Shown here in pieces: positions 52,201-64,000 of a stretch of DNA of 64,000 nt. The stretch spans positions 62,001 through 126,000 of the forward strand of contig NIVC01002917.1 in NCBI GenBank assembly GCA_002269645.1, written 5' to 3'. The notes below the pieces were generated by a model. It did not search any database. It worked only from the letters and a program-made list of their open reading frames with translations, and was not told the origin of the DNA. The DNA comes from Macrostomum lignano (Eukaryota). How positions within the stretch are numbered: the stretch's first letter is position 1; every line of letters begins with the position of its first letter. A program made the position numbers and the translations under genes.

Positions 52201-52887
52201 GGCGCGGCGCATGTGGCTGCCCGGATCCATGGCAGACGAGGCCGCCGCCGCTGTCGCGACGTTCGGGCTGGACGCGTAGGGCGTCTGCTGGCCGAGACGA
52301 CTGGCCAGTCGGACCTCGCTGGTGACTCGGTGCAGGTCCTCCTTCAGCTTTTAAACGAGAAGAAACATGACGGATGGTTATCACTTGCTAGGGAATGTGT
52401 TGTGCTACAAGCTACAAAGATCACTTATTGCTATGGAGCTATCTAGGTTATTTCTGCAACATGAAAATAATAAGCAACGAAACATTTTCAAAACACTCTA
52501 CTCTACTAAAAGTAGAGTACGATTAGTGAATCGGCTACAATGGCGTTTTTAGATTTTCGACTCGGATTTCTATATGTAGGACAGGATGCTTTGTTTTTTT
52601 AAAAAAGTGTAGAAAGCTACTGAGGCAGTCAATTTTTATTACTAAATTTGGTGCTTGATAAGTTAAGAGTATAATGCTCGCCTCACCCGATTCATATCTG
52701 CAGCCTGCCGATCAGTGGTATTTCTGTACAATGCCATGAGTTTATCGATAGACCTCAAATTCCTGTTGGTGTCCACTAGCACTGTATTAAGCGTAGACAG
52801 CTGCCCGCCAACGGACTGTGGCGGCGGGTAGGAGCTGGGCTCTGAATCGTACTGGTTTGAGTCAGAGTCGGGCAATAAATCATCCAT
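46212..52887 (-). CDS. CEP128: CEP128-like centrosomal coiled-coil protein; 7 exons: 52687-52887, 51462-52347, 50713-51091, 49881-50061, 49337-49503, 47612-48005, 46212-46931; 2928 nt, about 975 aa
   Basis: All six introns are GT-AG with consistent phases (0,1,2,0,2,0), from ATG at 52887 to TAA at 46212. LSTLNTVLVDTNRNLRSIDKLMALYR...LKEDL and SSVRF...ELHEVHQRLRDLGTEQSRL resemble, from memory, human CEP128 (TITSTLQDTSRNLRQVDQMLGRYR; GVRF...LHGFHQSLRDLSSEQIRL). The rest is heptad-rich coiled coil. Confidence 0.8.
46990..47596. repeat. 39-bp minisatellite filling CEP128 intron 6
   Basis: 13-aa period in the ORF track. Confidence 0.96.
48039..49325. repeat. Two adjacent arrays (29-31-bp unit to about 48960; 30-bp unit 48963-49325) filling CEP128 intron 5
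   Basis: Units CCTCACTGAGCCACTGCATCCTTGTGGCA and CCACACCGGAAAAGATCCCTCACTGACCAA. Confidence 0.96.
50362..50641 (+). mobile_element. tRNA-derived CORE-type SINE, near full length
   Basis: tRNA-like head (A-box-like TAGCCTAGTG/CAGCCTAGTG, B-box GGTTCGATTCT), CORE-like TGTGTCCTTGAGCAA..CACTTAAC..CTTCAGTT..CCAGCTGTAAAATGGG and a shared 3' body; homologous to the other copies. Confidence 0.88.
51195..51373. repeat. 29-bp minisatellite in CEP128 intron 2
   Basis: Unit CTGAGGATCTGGGAGGCTGGCTGCTCAGC. Confidence 0.9.
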
Positions 52888-55617
52888 ACCATAGCTTGCA
52901 CAGTGTGGCCACACTTGGAAATTTCAGTGAACTAGGCCTAAATCAGCATGGCCGTGAAATGATAGATTTTCTTTGTTTCTCATGCATTTCATTAAGACCA
53001 TTTGACAATTATTTGGATCTTAAATTGTGGAATAAAGATAATATTAATTTCTCTTTTATAGAAAATCCTAAATATTCCTGATACTTCTATATATTAGCAA
53101 TAAACTTATATATGTAGAAAAGCTCAGTCACTGTCAGTTTTTGTAAATAAACTATCAATATCTAATATTAAATAAAACAAATTAATACATGAAGTGATAT
53201 AGAAAAAACCAACTTTGTACTGAAATTAAAGAAATTTGTACTAGCAGAGCCTGCATTGGTTAGTTAATTGTTGGGGCTAGGTTTTAAATTATTAAATTTA
53301 TAAAAAGTGAGACAACTACAGGATACAACGCAACTGATTTTTTCTGTCTATTTCGGTGTGTTGATATTTTCTGAGGAGGGGCGTACAATTAGATGATCAT
53401 GAAATCTAAAAATTAATAATTAGAATTAGAGTATTTAATTTTAAGGTCATCATCAAAACGCATTAATTTTCGATGAAAAATTCATGCACTCTTAACATAA
53501 AGTAATCTGTCAATTTTTAACAAAGTAAGACTGGTAGTACTAAATGTTAAGTTTACTTGACGTCGACAATTACAAAAAACAAGGAAGACAAACTGCGACT
53601 GCGAGTTTACGACGACTGCAATCTAAAATGAAGCAGAATTTCATGTTAAATATTGCCTTTATCGCTATAAAAAGATTCAGTATTTCAAAGTTAGATACAA
53701 AGCATTGTGTTTTTATAAGTTTTAAAAACATTATTTAAGTACACAAAAAACATTTTTTTAAAATTATAGTTTTATACAGCTACTTAGTTATAAATGATGT
53801 ATTTTTTAACACCGTTAAATTCTCGTTTTTAAACCGCTGGTTAAAATACGATGTGAATATTCCTGAATAGTTGATAAGGACTACTCATTGCTCAAATAGA
53901 ACGGTAAACTACCGTTTCTTGGAAAATATGAGAGGCGGGTTTTATCTAAAAGTTACAATACGGAGATAGATTTTTATTTCATCAGCACAAAAATATATTG
54001 ATATTGCTTTTGACAAGAGGCAGACCCAATGTTCAATTTTCGGTGTCTTGCCTTTCTTATAACTCTATTGATATTTGTGAAGATTTCTAATCGATTATGT
54101 GCATACATACATACATAAAAACTTTTCAGGTTTAGTAATATAGATTACTTTTTTTACAGAATATACAATTTTATCCCAGATTTTGAACAGTTTTCATTAC
54201 TCATCTACTGTACAAAAAGTTTTCAGAAGAGATGGCAAAAGTGATAGTGTCGTATCGCGTGACGATGTTTTATTTTATTTTATCGATTGACTAACAATGC
54301 TTCATTGAGCGTGACTAGTGTGTGCGTTCTTTTAAAACCCCTTGTGCTTTTATGCATCAATTATTCTTACGTTCGCTTGTACCAAAAATATAAAAGTCGT
54401 CTAGTGAGCTCAGAGCTCAATACTTTTTGATTTCTCGCACTAACCACTATAGAGTTGTTCCAATAAGGAGCAGACTACAGTTTGTAGTCCTGATGTCCAC
54501 CATTGAGTAGTAATTAAAAAGCGACGAAATCTCAAGTTGATTTGTATGAACAAAAACGTCCAGTGGTGTATACACTCGTAACTAAATGTTACACACTCCA
54601 ATCAACATGATATACATGTACTCGTATATTTAATTAGTAACTAAACACAAAAAAACTAAAATGGAATAAAAATACGGCACTGGCAAACACATTTAATAGC
54701 TGGCTTGGAGAACAAGTTAGAAAAAAGGACAAAATTTCTAGCACAAAGACTTATAACTAAGTAGCAGTCATCTATCATTAGTTTACTAAACTATGCATAG
54801 AAATACAATAAAACACAATCAAATTGCACGATCTCAATAAGAAACAAATAAAATTATGAAAACGCAAGTAAAAAAGGAACGAGATTTCTTAATTAAATGA
54901 AAGATTCATCTGTTATCGGTAGGTTTGAAAGTCGATTGAAAATTTGAGCAGATAAAAAATAACTTTCTACACAGAAAACAGAGAATAAACTTAATCTTGT
55001 TACTATACAATACTTTATTAAGCTATCTTAATGTCAATTAAAGACTTGGAATGCCCAAGAACCAGCAAAAAAGAATAGAAAAACGCAGTTATTTTATTTA
55101 ATGAGTAGTACATGTAGCATTAAGGCTAAAAACATAAAAAATTAGACAAAACAAACAAAAAGCACTCAGGACTAATATCAGTAGTAGCTAACAGAGCACG
55201 GCAATAAAAAAGCTTTTTTTGCTAAAACAAACACAACCAAATAGTCTCAGATACGAGCATAGTGCCAAGCGTAATGCTTGAAATTTAAGCAGCTAAAAAA
55301 CAAGGTCAAGGAAACTAAGATAAGTTATCGTTTCTCCTATCTCTTTAATGTATATTCTTCTAGATGAAGTTTTCTTCTTTTTAGTTCGTCTATAGTAAAA
55401 CCCTATTTGATGCAATGCATTCCGCAAAAAACTGTTCAGAGTACACACCATACTGTCGCTTTTTTCTAATTTCAACAGGTTTTAAAAATAAAACTTATAA
55501 ATACACCTCCGCTCGAACACACCATATCAGAAGTCCTGAAGGTAAGATATTAACAGTTTTGTGAGATTAAGGCTTCAACAATAAAAGAACCGACCTGTCA
55601 ACCATAAAAAGCCTCAT

Positions 55618-55906
55618 AGGAAAATTGCTGAGATGTCAAGACTCATTTGGGGAATTGCTGAGATGTCAAGACTCATTTGGGGAATTGCTAAGATGTCAAG
55701 ACTCATTTGGGGAATTGCTGAGATGTCAAGGCTCATTTGGGGAATTGCTGAGATGTCAAGGCTTATGGAGGGAATTGCTGAGATGTCAAGGCTCATATGG
55801 GGAATTGCTGAGATGTCAAGGCTTACGGAGGGAATTGCTGAGATGTCAAGGCTCACGAAGGGAATTGCTGAGATGTCAAGGCTCATGTAGGGAATTGCTG
55901 AGATGC
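55618..55906. repeat. 30-bp minisatellite just downstream of the BCAT stop
   Basis: GGAATTGCTGAGATGTCAAG core shared with 3394-3780. Confidence 0.95.
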
Positions 55907-55979
55907 ATTCTAACGGTCCTTGCTTCCTTGCCTTGAAGTGAAATTCGCACAATCTTGCTAAGTGTCACGGCAAGCGAAC

Positions 55980-56597
55980 CTAAGCAACAATATCAGCCCA
56001 GGGATGCTGCGGAATCCGGCCGTATTGAATATCCGTGAGCGCCTTGAAGAATCGCATAGTAACGGGGGCGCCTTCGCTCATAGTTGGCACCTGGAGCAGC
56101 TGGCCCTGATAGCGGATGGCACCAACCGGATTCACCACGCAGGCGGTGCCGCAGCCGAACATCTCCAACAGGCGGCCAGATTGAATGGCGTCCGCCACCT
56201 CCGGCATAGTGACATTTCGCTCAATAACTTCCCAGTCTCCCCATTGGCGGGCCAGCTCTAGCACGCTCGACCGGGTGATGCCGGGCAGAATGAGATCTTC
56301 AGTGAGCGCTGGGTGACCAGCTGCGGCCGGCCAGAGCTCGGACAGCGCCAGAACAGGAACACATTCATAGTGCCAACCTCCGTGATCCGGTGCTCGGGCC
56401 CGAACAGCCACAGGACCTGCTGGCAGCCCTGCTCAGCGGCTAGCAACTGGATCCGACACGTCGGTCCGTAGTTCGAGCCCATCTTGCTTCTGCCAGCGCC
56501 GCCAGGCCAGGCCCGGGCGAATTCCGGATCAGCTAGCAGGGTCACCGGTTTGAACCCTGTCGGATAGTAGGGCCCAACCGGACCGGTGATGATAAAT
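55980..56597 (-). CDS. BCAT: Branched-chain amino acid aminotransferase, exon 2 (1-nt frameshift at 56311-56313)
   Basis: [11 protein letters not shown]...[18 protein letters not shown] (PLP-binding Lys)...QQVLWL...[10 protein letters not shown], then [14 protein letters not shown]...[14 protein letters not shown] to TAG at 55980; tttgtttcag acceptor. Confidence 0.9.
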
Positions 56598-56813
56598 CTG
56601 AAACAAAAACCGGTGTAGACCTTTCAGAGTTGCTACTTTAAGTAGCGTATAATAGTATTTTTGTCTCAGCCTCAGCAACCGTTTTGAGACTTTTTCCTCA
56701 TCATAACTTGTTTATTTTATTATAACCAAGAGTAAGGCTACTTTAAGCAGGGTTCACTTTAAAAAACGAGAGATTTCCTGTTTTTTGAAGCCTAGTTTTT
56801 ACTCGGTAAAAAT

Positions 56814-57858
56814 ACTAGTTTGTGAACTTTCTAGTTTGTGAGCTTACTAGTTTGTGAACTTTCTAGTTTGTGAGCTTACTAGTTTGTGAACTTTCTAGTT
56901 TGTGAGCTTACTAGTTTGTGAACTTTCTAGTTTGTGAGCTTACTAGTTTGTGAACTTTCTAGTTTGTGAGCTTACTAGTTTGTGAACTTTCTAGTTTGTG
57001 AGCTTACTAGTTTGTGAACTTTCTAGTTTGTGAGCTTACTAGTTAGTGAACTTTCTAGTTTGTGAGCTTACTAGTTTGTGAACTTTCTAGTTTGTGAGCT
57101 TACTAGTTTGTGAACTTTCTAGTTTGTGAGCTTACTAGTTTGTGAACTTTCTAGTTTGTGAGCTTACTAGTTTGTGAACTTTCTAGTTTGTGAGCTTACT
57201 AGTTTGTGAACTTTCTAGTTTGTGAGCTTACTAGTTTGTGAACTTTCTAGTTTGTGAGCTTACTAGTTTGTGAACTTTCTAGTTTGTGAGCTTACTAGTT
57301 AGTGAACTTTCTAGTTTGTGAGCTTACTAGTTAGTGAACTTTCTAGTTTATGAACTTTCTAGCTTGTGAACTTACTAGTTGGTGAACCTTTTAGCTTGTG
57401 AACTTTCTAGTTTTTGAGCTTACCAGTTTCTTATTCTTATTTGTTGCAATTGATGACTAGTTTGTGAAGATTCTTATTTGTTGCAATTGATGACTAGTTT
57501 GTGAAGATTCCTATTTGTTGCAATTGATGACTAGTTTGTGAAGATTCCTATTTGTTGCAATTGATGACTAGTTTGTGAAGATTCATATTTGTTGCAATTG
57601 ATGACTAGTTTGTGAAGATTCCTATTTGTTGCAATTGATGACTAGTTTGTGAAGATTCCTATTTGTTGCAATTGATGACTAGTTTGTGAAGATTCCTATT
57701 TGTTGCAATTGATGACTAGTTTGTGAAGATTCCTATTTGTTGCAATTGATGACTAGTTTGTGAAGATTCCTATTTGTTGCAATTGATGACTAGTTTGTGA
57801 AGATTCCTATTTGTTGCAATTGATGACTAGTTTGTGAAGATTCCTATTTGTTGCAATT
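56814..57858. repeat. Two adjacent arrays in the BCAT intron: a 16+16-bp dimer to about 57422 and a 37-bp unit from about 57455
   Basis: Both contain CTAGTTTGTGA. Confidence 0.95.
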
Positions 57859-57944
57859 TGTTTGTTATCATAATTTTTAGACTTATGATATTAAGAAGCA
57901 AATGTACGTCTCGTACGAAATATCCCCCGATAAAAAACACGTAC

Positions 57945-58506
57945 AGCGTGGTCTCCTCAGCCGGGCCAATGGCAATTCGCGGCTCCGACGCTATCATAGC
58001 AGGCCGGATGTACAGTGCGCCTTCCTGAGAGCGCGGCACCCAAGCCAGGTCGGTGCGCACCAGCTGACGCAAACAGTCGAGCAGTTCGCCCGGATCAAAG
58101 CTGGCCAGGGTGGCCCGTTCCGCACTAGCCCGCAGTCTCTTCATGTTCTCCAGCGGCCGGAATAGTCGCACCCGACCGTCCACACCCCAGTAGGCTTTCA
58201 AACCTTCAAAGCATTCCAGGGCGTAGTGCAGCGCCTTTGTAGCTGGGTGCAGCGGCAGGCAGCGGATTGGTTCGATGCGAGGCCGCGACAGCCAGTTGGT
58301 CCTGTGTGACGCGCGACCAGCATGTGGTCAGAGAACTGGGTGCCGAACACCAGGCTGTCAACTGAGGATGGTCGGGTTTGCGGCTCCTTGGTTAGCTCAG
58401 TTTCTAAATCGGCAAAGCGGAAGGTGCTACTATTGCTGCTGCTGCTGCTGCAAGCAGTGGCCAGCTGACGGGCATAATGCTGTTGCCATGGAAACAGCTG
58501 CTGCAT
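57945..58506 (-). CDS. BCAT: Branched-chain amino acid aminotransferase, exon 1 (1-nt frameshift at about 58289; start codon uncertain)
   Basis: LVFGTQFSDHML in one frame, then PRIEP...LHPATKALHYALECFEGLKAY...VRLFRPLENMKRL...LYIRP in the next; CT|gtacgt donor at 57945. Confidence 0.88.
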
Positions 58507-58921
58507 CAGTTGATGGTAAACTTTATTAAACTTTAAAGGTTGCATGACTTTAGTGTGAATAATAAAGGTGGCTCTGAAATCATGCACAAAAAGGTTTTGC
58601 AATGACATGAAGAATTGTACAATGTCCAAAAGCAAAGCAAAACAGGATATCCTATATATGAAATATGCATAGCATTCAAGGATGGGTAAAGACACTATGA
58701 CAAAACATAATAGAATATAATAACTATATATCATTGCTAATTGATGCATAAGATAGCAAATAGTGGACATTAGAAATTAGACACTGGTGCTAGCCATTTT
58801 GTTATGTCAAGTCATTTTGGTACCTAGTTGTGGGGCCTATTGTTATTACTAGAATGTTAGAGACTACAGGTTTAATCTACTTTGGTACATTGTACATAAA
58901 CAATTATATCATAATTGTATA

Positions 58922-60226
58922 CTAGGGTCACTCAGAAAGTTCTTAGCCTGAACAAGAAGACAGCAACAAATGAACTAAAAAACGACTACAAGTGCTCAAA
59001 ATACTCTCCAGCGGCATTGATACAGGCTTGCATCCTGTGAAACCAGCTGTTGAAGCAATGCTGCCAATCCTCATCCCAGAACTCCTCGATGATGTTTTTG
59101 AATTCATTTACAGCTTCTTCCGGTGAAGAAAAGACCTGGCCCTTCAGAATCTCCTTGCACTTTGGAAACAGAAAAAAGTTGCACGGTGCCAGGTCTGGAC
59201 TGTACGCAGGGTGAGTCATCAGCTGGACCCCACAGTCAGCCAGAAACTCGAGAGTTTGAGCCGCCATGTGCACACTGGCGTTGTCATGGTGCAGAAGCAC
59301 CCTGCGCATTCCGCACCTTGGGCGCCTCTGGCTCATAGCAGAAAAGACTTTGGTAGGCAAACTGTTGTGTACCAGTCAGCAGTGACTGTCTGGCGATCTT
59401 CAAGTGAAACAGAAGCCACATGCCCAGTGCGCATGAAGAAACAGGCCACCATCTGCTTGCCAACACTCCAGCTGCGTCAAAACTTGGTGGGGCTGTCCTC
59501 ATCTCCAAAGGTCCACATGGCTGACTGGCACTTGCTTTCGGGGTTGTATTGATAAATCCAGGTCTAATCGCCCGTGTGGATGTCCCAGATACACCAGCTG
59601 TCCAGATTTGAATTTCTGCAGCATGAATTGGCACCAAGCCACCCTGGTGTCCTTCTGCACGTCAGACAGCTGATGGGGGATCCACCAGGAAGCCAGCTTC
59701 TGCATTCCAAGGTGTTAATGCAGAATAGCATGCACACTCCCCGATCCAATCTCCTGCTGGATCTGCTGGTAGGTCACTCGCCGGTTGCGGCAATCATGCT
59801 GGACATAGTGTAGATATTTTCTGGAGTCACTGTGTCACAGGGTCTCCCAGATTGATGTTCATCTTCGAGGCTTTCATGACCTCGGCGAAACTCAGCAAAC
59901 CAGTTTTTGACAGTTGCGTATGAAGGACATTAGATAGATGAAAACATTCTGTAAAGTTTGATACGAATCTGCCAGCAAATTGCCTTGCTTAAAGTGCAAG
60001 TACATCATTGCTCTGAAGTTGCAATTTTCTAGCTTCATTGTTGAATTGAAGAACTCAGGGGTGAACTGACTTTAACTCGCTGCAGTGGACTTAAAAGTGG
60101 CTGCTTCTATTTGAAAATTTTGCTGCGATACTTTTAAAAGTTAGTCTTTACCATAGAAAAATTTCATGCTTCTATGTCTTGTGGATCCTATCCTACTTAG
60201 GCTAAAGACTTTCTGAGTGACTCTTG
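58922..60226 (-). mobile_element. Full-length mariner (Tc1/mariner) element, 1305 bp, decayed transposase
   Basis: TIRs CTAGGGTCACTCAGAAAGTTCTTAGCCT and AGGCTAAAGACTTTCTGAGTGACTCTTG, both flanked by TA. Transposase motifs WIPHQL, HDNA and YSPDLAP from ATG at about 60038 to stop at 58986, with frameshifts and stops. Confidence 0.92.
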
Positions 60227-61067
60227 TAATATTGGAACGGTATGCAAAGGTTTATTATACTACTTTTAAAAGTTCAGCAAATGGCTTTTATGAAATAAGT
60301 TTTTAGTATATGAATCTTCAATAAAATAGAAATTGCCTATAAATCATATGAAAAGTGCTCTTTCTTAGAAGGCTATATCTGCTATATCCCTAAGTATGAT
60401 ACTAAGGATATAGCTGCCATATCCAAAAATCCAAAAATCCTTCCTAATACTAAAACTGACATGTTGTTTGTCTGTCTGTATGTATGTTGCAAGTGAACTC
60501 CTACAATACTGCCAAGTCAACATCAAAACTTATATGGGAAAACTGCAAATTTTCTGGATTTTTATATTAGGAAGTCAGTAAAATACTTAGGCTAAAAGAA
60601 TCGTCATGACATAAGTCATAATAGTTTAGATTAGGCCTAGATTTATTTTTTATGCAATGCAATAAGGATGCTATATTCCATCCTGATCCTGAGTCCTGAC
60701 TGTCAAAATTGCATCCTCAAATTAGACCTTGAATGCAATTTTGCATCCTAGCACCAGCGAAAAAGAAATAGGCAAGCTTTTTAGCAATGCCAACTCCAAG
60801 GCAATAGGCCCAGGCCGGGATGTTACATAGGCCTAATAGGCCTATCGCAACTTTCCAAATCGCATCCGGAAATTGGACTTTAGTTCTCAGCTCTACGAGT
60901 ATTAGGGCATACTGACAGGCTGACTATAAGGCCGTAACCGTAAGCCTACGGAGAGATTGGCTAGGGCGGGGCCTATGCCTAGCCTAGGGGCCTAATAGTT
61001 TCGCTGATAACAATGTAGTGTAGGTTGGCCGTCGACCTATTTCTAGGAAAAGTATTTCGTCATCATA

Positions 61068-61327
61068 GGGCCTTTTCATATTACCAATTCCAGAACCAGA
61101 ATCGGTTCGGAATTCCAAGAAAAACAGCAGTATAACTATTAAACTCTGTTAATATTTGACTGCCTTGACAACCTAACTTAGCACAATTTTTCACTTTCTT
61201 CTTGGCGATTGTCATTCAATAATAAAAACTTTATAGCACGTATCTCCCTCTAGTTATGGAGACAAAAAGTTATACTTCACAAATTGGTTCTGGTTCTGGA
61301 ACCAGAGCAAGCAATATGAAAAGGCCC
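61068..61327. mobile_element. 260-bp MITE with 3-bp TSD (Harbinger/Tourist-like)
   Basis: TIR GGGCCTTTTCATATT plus inner TTCCAGAACCAGAA; ATA on both sides. A diverged second copy follows at about 61348-61492. Confidence 0.65.
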
Positions 61328-64000
61328 ATAGGCTATAAAGACTTAGAGCCTCTTCACGGCGATCGATCCAGAATATTGCCATTCAATGATCACAATTTTA
61401 AAGCACTAATATCTCTCTAGTTTAGGAGACAAAAAGTTATACTTTACAAATTGGTTCTGGTTCTAGAACCAGAACAAGCAATATGAAGAGCCTTTTACTT
61501 CTATCTTTTGGATGTAGAAACTGTACGACGTAAAAAATTATAGAGAAAATTTAACCATTATGACAAGTTTTTAGCCGATTTAAATATCCATTTTACAAAA
61601 AGAACCCCGATTTACAGTTTTTCCGGGTTGATATTTTCAACTGCAACATATTAATCACGAAATTTAAATTTGTACAACGCAGCGTAAAATTTCGTGGAAA
61701 GCCAGCTCGATCCGTGGCTCTAACTGATATGCTCAAAACACTGTTTACATTAAAAAACTCAGTGTTGCGAATGTAAACGCACGACTATTTAAATTTCTTG
61801 TTTATTGCTTTATCTTTGTCTTTTTGACCATTTATAGACATTCTTCTTCTATGTTCTATACAAGATTGTCTGATTGCATCTTGCTTTATTATGGCTATTT
61901 TATGTAATCAAAACTATTGTCATTGACAATGAGCCTAGCCTACTAGATTAAATCATCAATAGCAGATGATTATATATATTATACACCAGAAAGTATCAAA
62001 AAGCCATTGCAATAGGCCTAATCAAGGACCTTTTTTGCATTGCAACAATAAAAAACCTTTTTTGCATCGCAACTATATAGGACCCTTTCTTGCATTATGA
62101 CATTTTGGGTCTTTCATACATACACCAAAATCTACGCCATACACCAGCTCTGTTCTGGCAGATTGTTCTATACACCAAATACTTTATGCCAACAATTTTT
62201 CATGTCCATTATAGCCAGAATTCTCTAGTGTATATATACGATTTGGGAGTGGGGTATAATGTACATGTAATTACAACCATCAAACACCATAGTCTCCCCG
62301 ATGCACCATGCAAGCGGGAACATTTTTGGGATGCAGGGATTCCCCAAGCAATATTTAATATCAATACTCAGAATTAACAAAAATCTCTGCTTTTAAAGTA
62401 TCAAATGCCATGATTTTTTTACAGAAAAAACATCACCCACAAGATAAACCAGTTTAAAAGAAAGTTACGGCTACAGATTGAAAGAATTTTTTACAATTTG
62501 CCAAAAATTGGTGCTTCCCTATATCCACAGTTTAATCAATTGATATTTGATTTTGAGTATTTCTGCTTGCTCTTTGTTGTTGAAAATTGACATGTAGGAC
62601 TTCACCCAGACACTAAGCAATTATCATAACTCAAACCAGACTCAAGGCTTTATGCTCAAGAACTATTTGAGAAAAACTGATGTTCCTATCTCCATAATGC
62701 ATATACAAGAAGTAAAGGTAAAGTGACATATATGTCTATTGATATTTGGCACAGAGGTATTTATACGTACAAGAATTTTACAACTCACCCAATCAATTGT
62801 TGCTGCACTGTCTGCTTTTGGTGGCTCTTCTGCTTGACAAATGGCACAAAAACCTTGGTTGCTATCAACGGAGTTGTTATTGATTAGTTTCCATATGTAA
62901 CAACACAATTTGTGCATTTATATTCTTCATTACATTTAATGATTTAATTTTGTCAAAATTTCTTGAACACATATGTCGGCGGTTTCCCATTGCAAGTAAA
63001 TTCATTTGATAGATATCCCTTGAGCCATGAATTGAAATGGCTTCTATAAACTCTTGTTTTTCTTCTTCAGTAGTCCTTCAAAAAGAGCTACGTGGTGACA
63101 TTTGGTGGCAAAACTTTCCTGAAACTTGGACTAAAAATTTCCATTCAGAGTCACCCATCAGCGGATTCTTCATGGCAAATTCATACCGTCGTCTGCATCC
63201 CTCGATCTTACAAGAAGCCTTGATTTTCCAAAAGTTGGACTTTTTCTTACAAGAAGACCAAGTTTTTATGTTATTATAACCCATCATTCAAGACAACATG
63301 TAGAAATTTTGTCTAATTCTCTTAATTATATAAATAGATAGTTTAATATCAAACTCTAATTCAATTTTCAAGCAGCCCTTGCATAAATTCAACTATTAGA
63401 CTTTTGATTAATTTGTCAATAAATATAGCCTGTCTTAGATACAATTTTTTACTGGTAGTTCTTTTGCCATTTTTTTAATTCTCTGTATTAATAAGATGCA
63501 AATGAACACTATATAGAAGAACTTAAAAGTGCACTAATAACTTTGATACTTTCCTTCTACAAAAAAGATTCATTCTATTTAGAGCTTCTGTGCTATGCTA
63601 AGATGCTGCCCTCTTCTCATATTAATATTATAAATTCTTGTATAGAGCAGAATATGTTTGAAGTATAGTTCAAATGAAGTAGTAAGAAATCTAAGTGTAG
63701 AGTATAATAGATCACAGGAAGAAGAGTTCAGAGTAATGACAGTTAATAAATTCTTTATTTTATTGATAGTCAAGTAGGTAAAAATAAAAAAGGAAGAAAG
63801 AAAATGAGAAATCTTTAACTGGTATGGAAAAAAATTCTAATAAGCTCTTCTAATAGCCAATGAAAAAGCAATTGGCAACAAGCCACATTCTTGAGGATAG
63901 ATATTTCCGAGGCTCATTAAACATGTATGCACTGTATGACTATGGGAATGAGACTGTCTGGGACTTGTTATTGACATTGTCAATTTTTGCAACTTAGTAT

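Noticed and set aside
51566-52446. Plus-strand ORFs overlapping CEP128, H2A.X and BCAT exons
   Set aside because: These are antisense shadows of GC-rich coding sequence.

Overview
Animal genomic DNA. GC-rich exons sit in AT-rich introns packed with minisatellites, a pattern consistent with a flatworm such as Macrostomum; this is inferred and not verifiable here. All four protein-coding loci are on the minus strand. (1) Part of a multi-PDZ scaffold gene of the MPDZ/PATJ family: six frame-consistent exons between 799 and 18574, possible upstream exons to about 32750, and the gene continues off the left edge. (2) A solitary intronless histone H2A.X (C-terminal SQEF) with a canonical histone stem-loop, 42184-42606. 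(3) A complete 7-exon CEP128-like coiled-coil gene, 46212-52887, about 975 aa. (4) A two-exon branched-chain aminotransferase (BCAT) with two single-base frameshifts, 55980-58506. Mobile DNA includes a full-length decayed mariner (58922-60226), at least six copies or fragments of a tRNA-headed CORE-type SINE, a 718-bp MITE with a 9-bp TSD, and several smaller inverted-repeat elements. About 28 distinct tandem arrays cover roughly 18 kb by my hand estimate. The most unusual signals are an array whose 11-bp unit is exactly a Pol III A-box, minisatellites grown from SINE heads and next to splice junctions, two orphan histone stem-loops beside H2A.X, and a perfect X-box at the BCAT 5' end. I found no prokaryotic-type system such as CRISPR.
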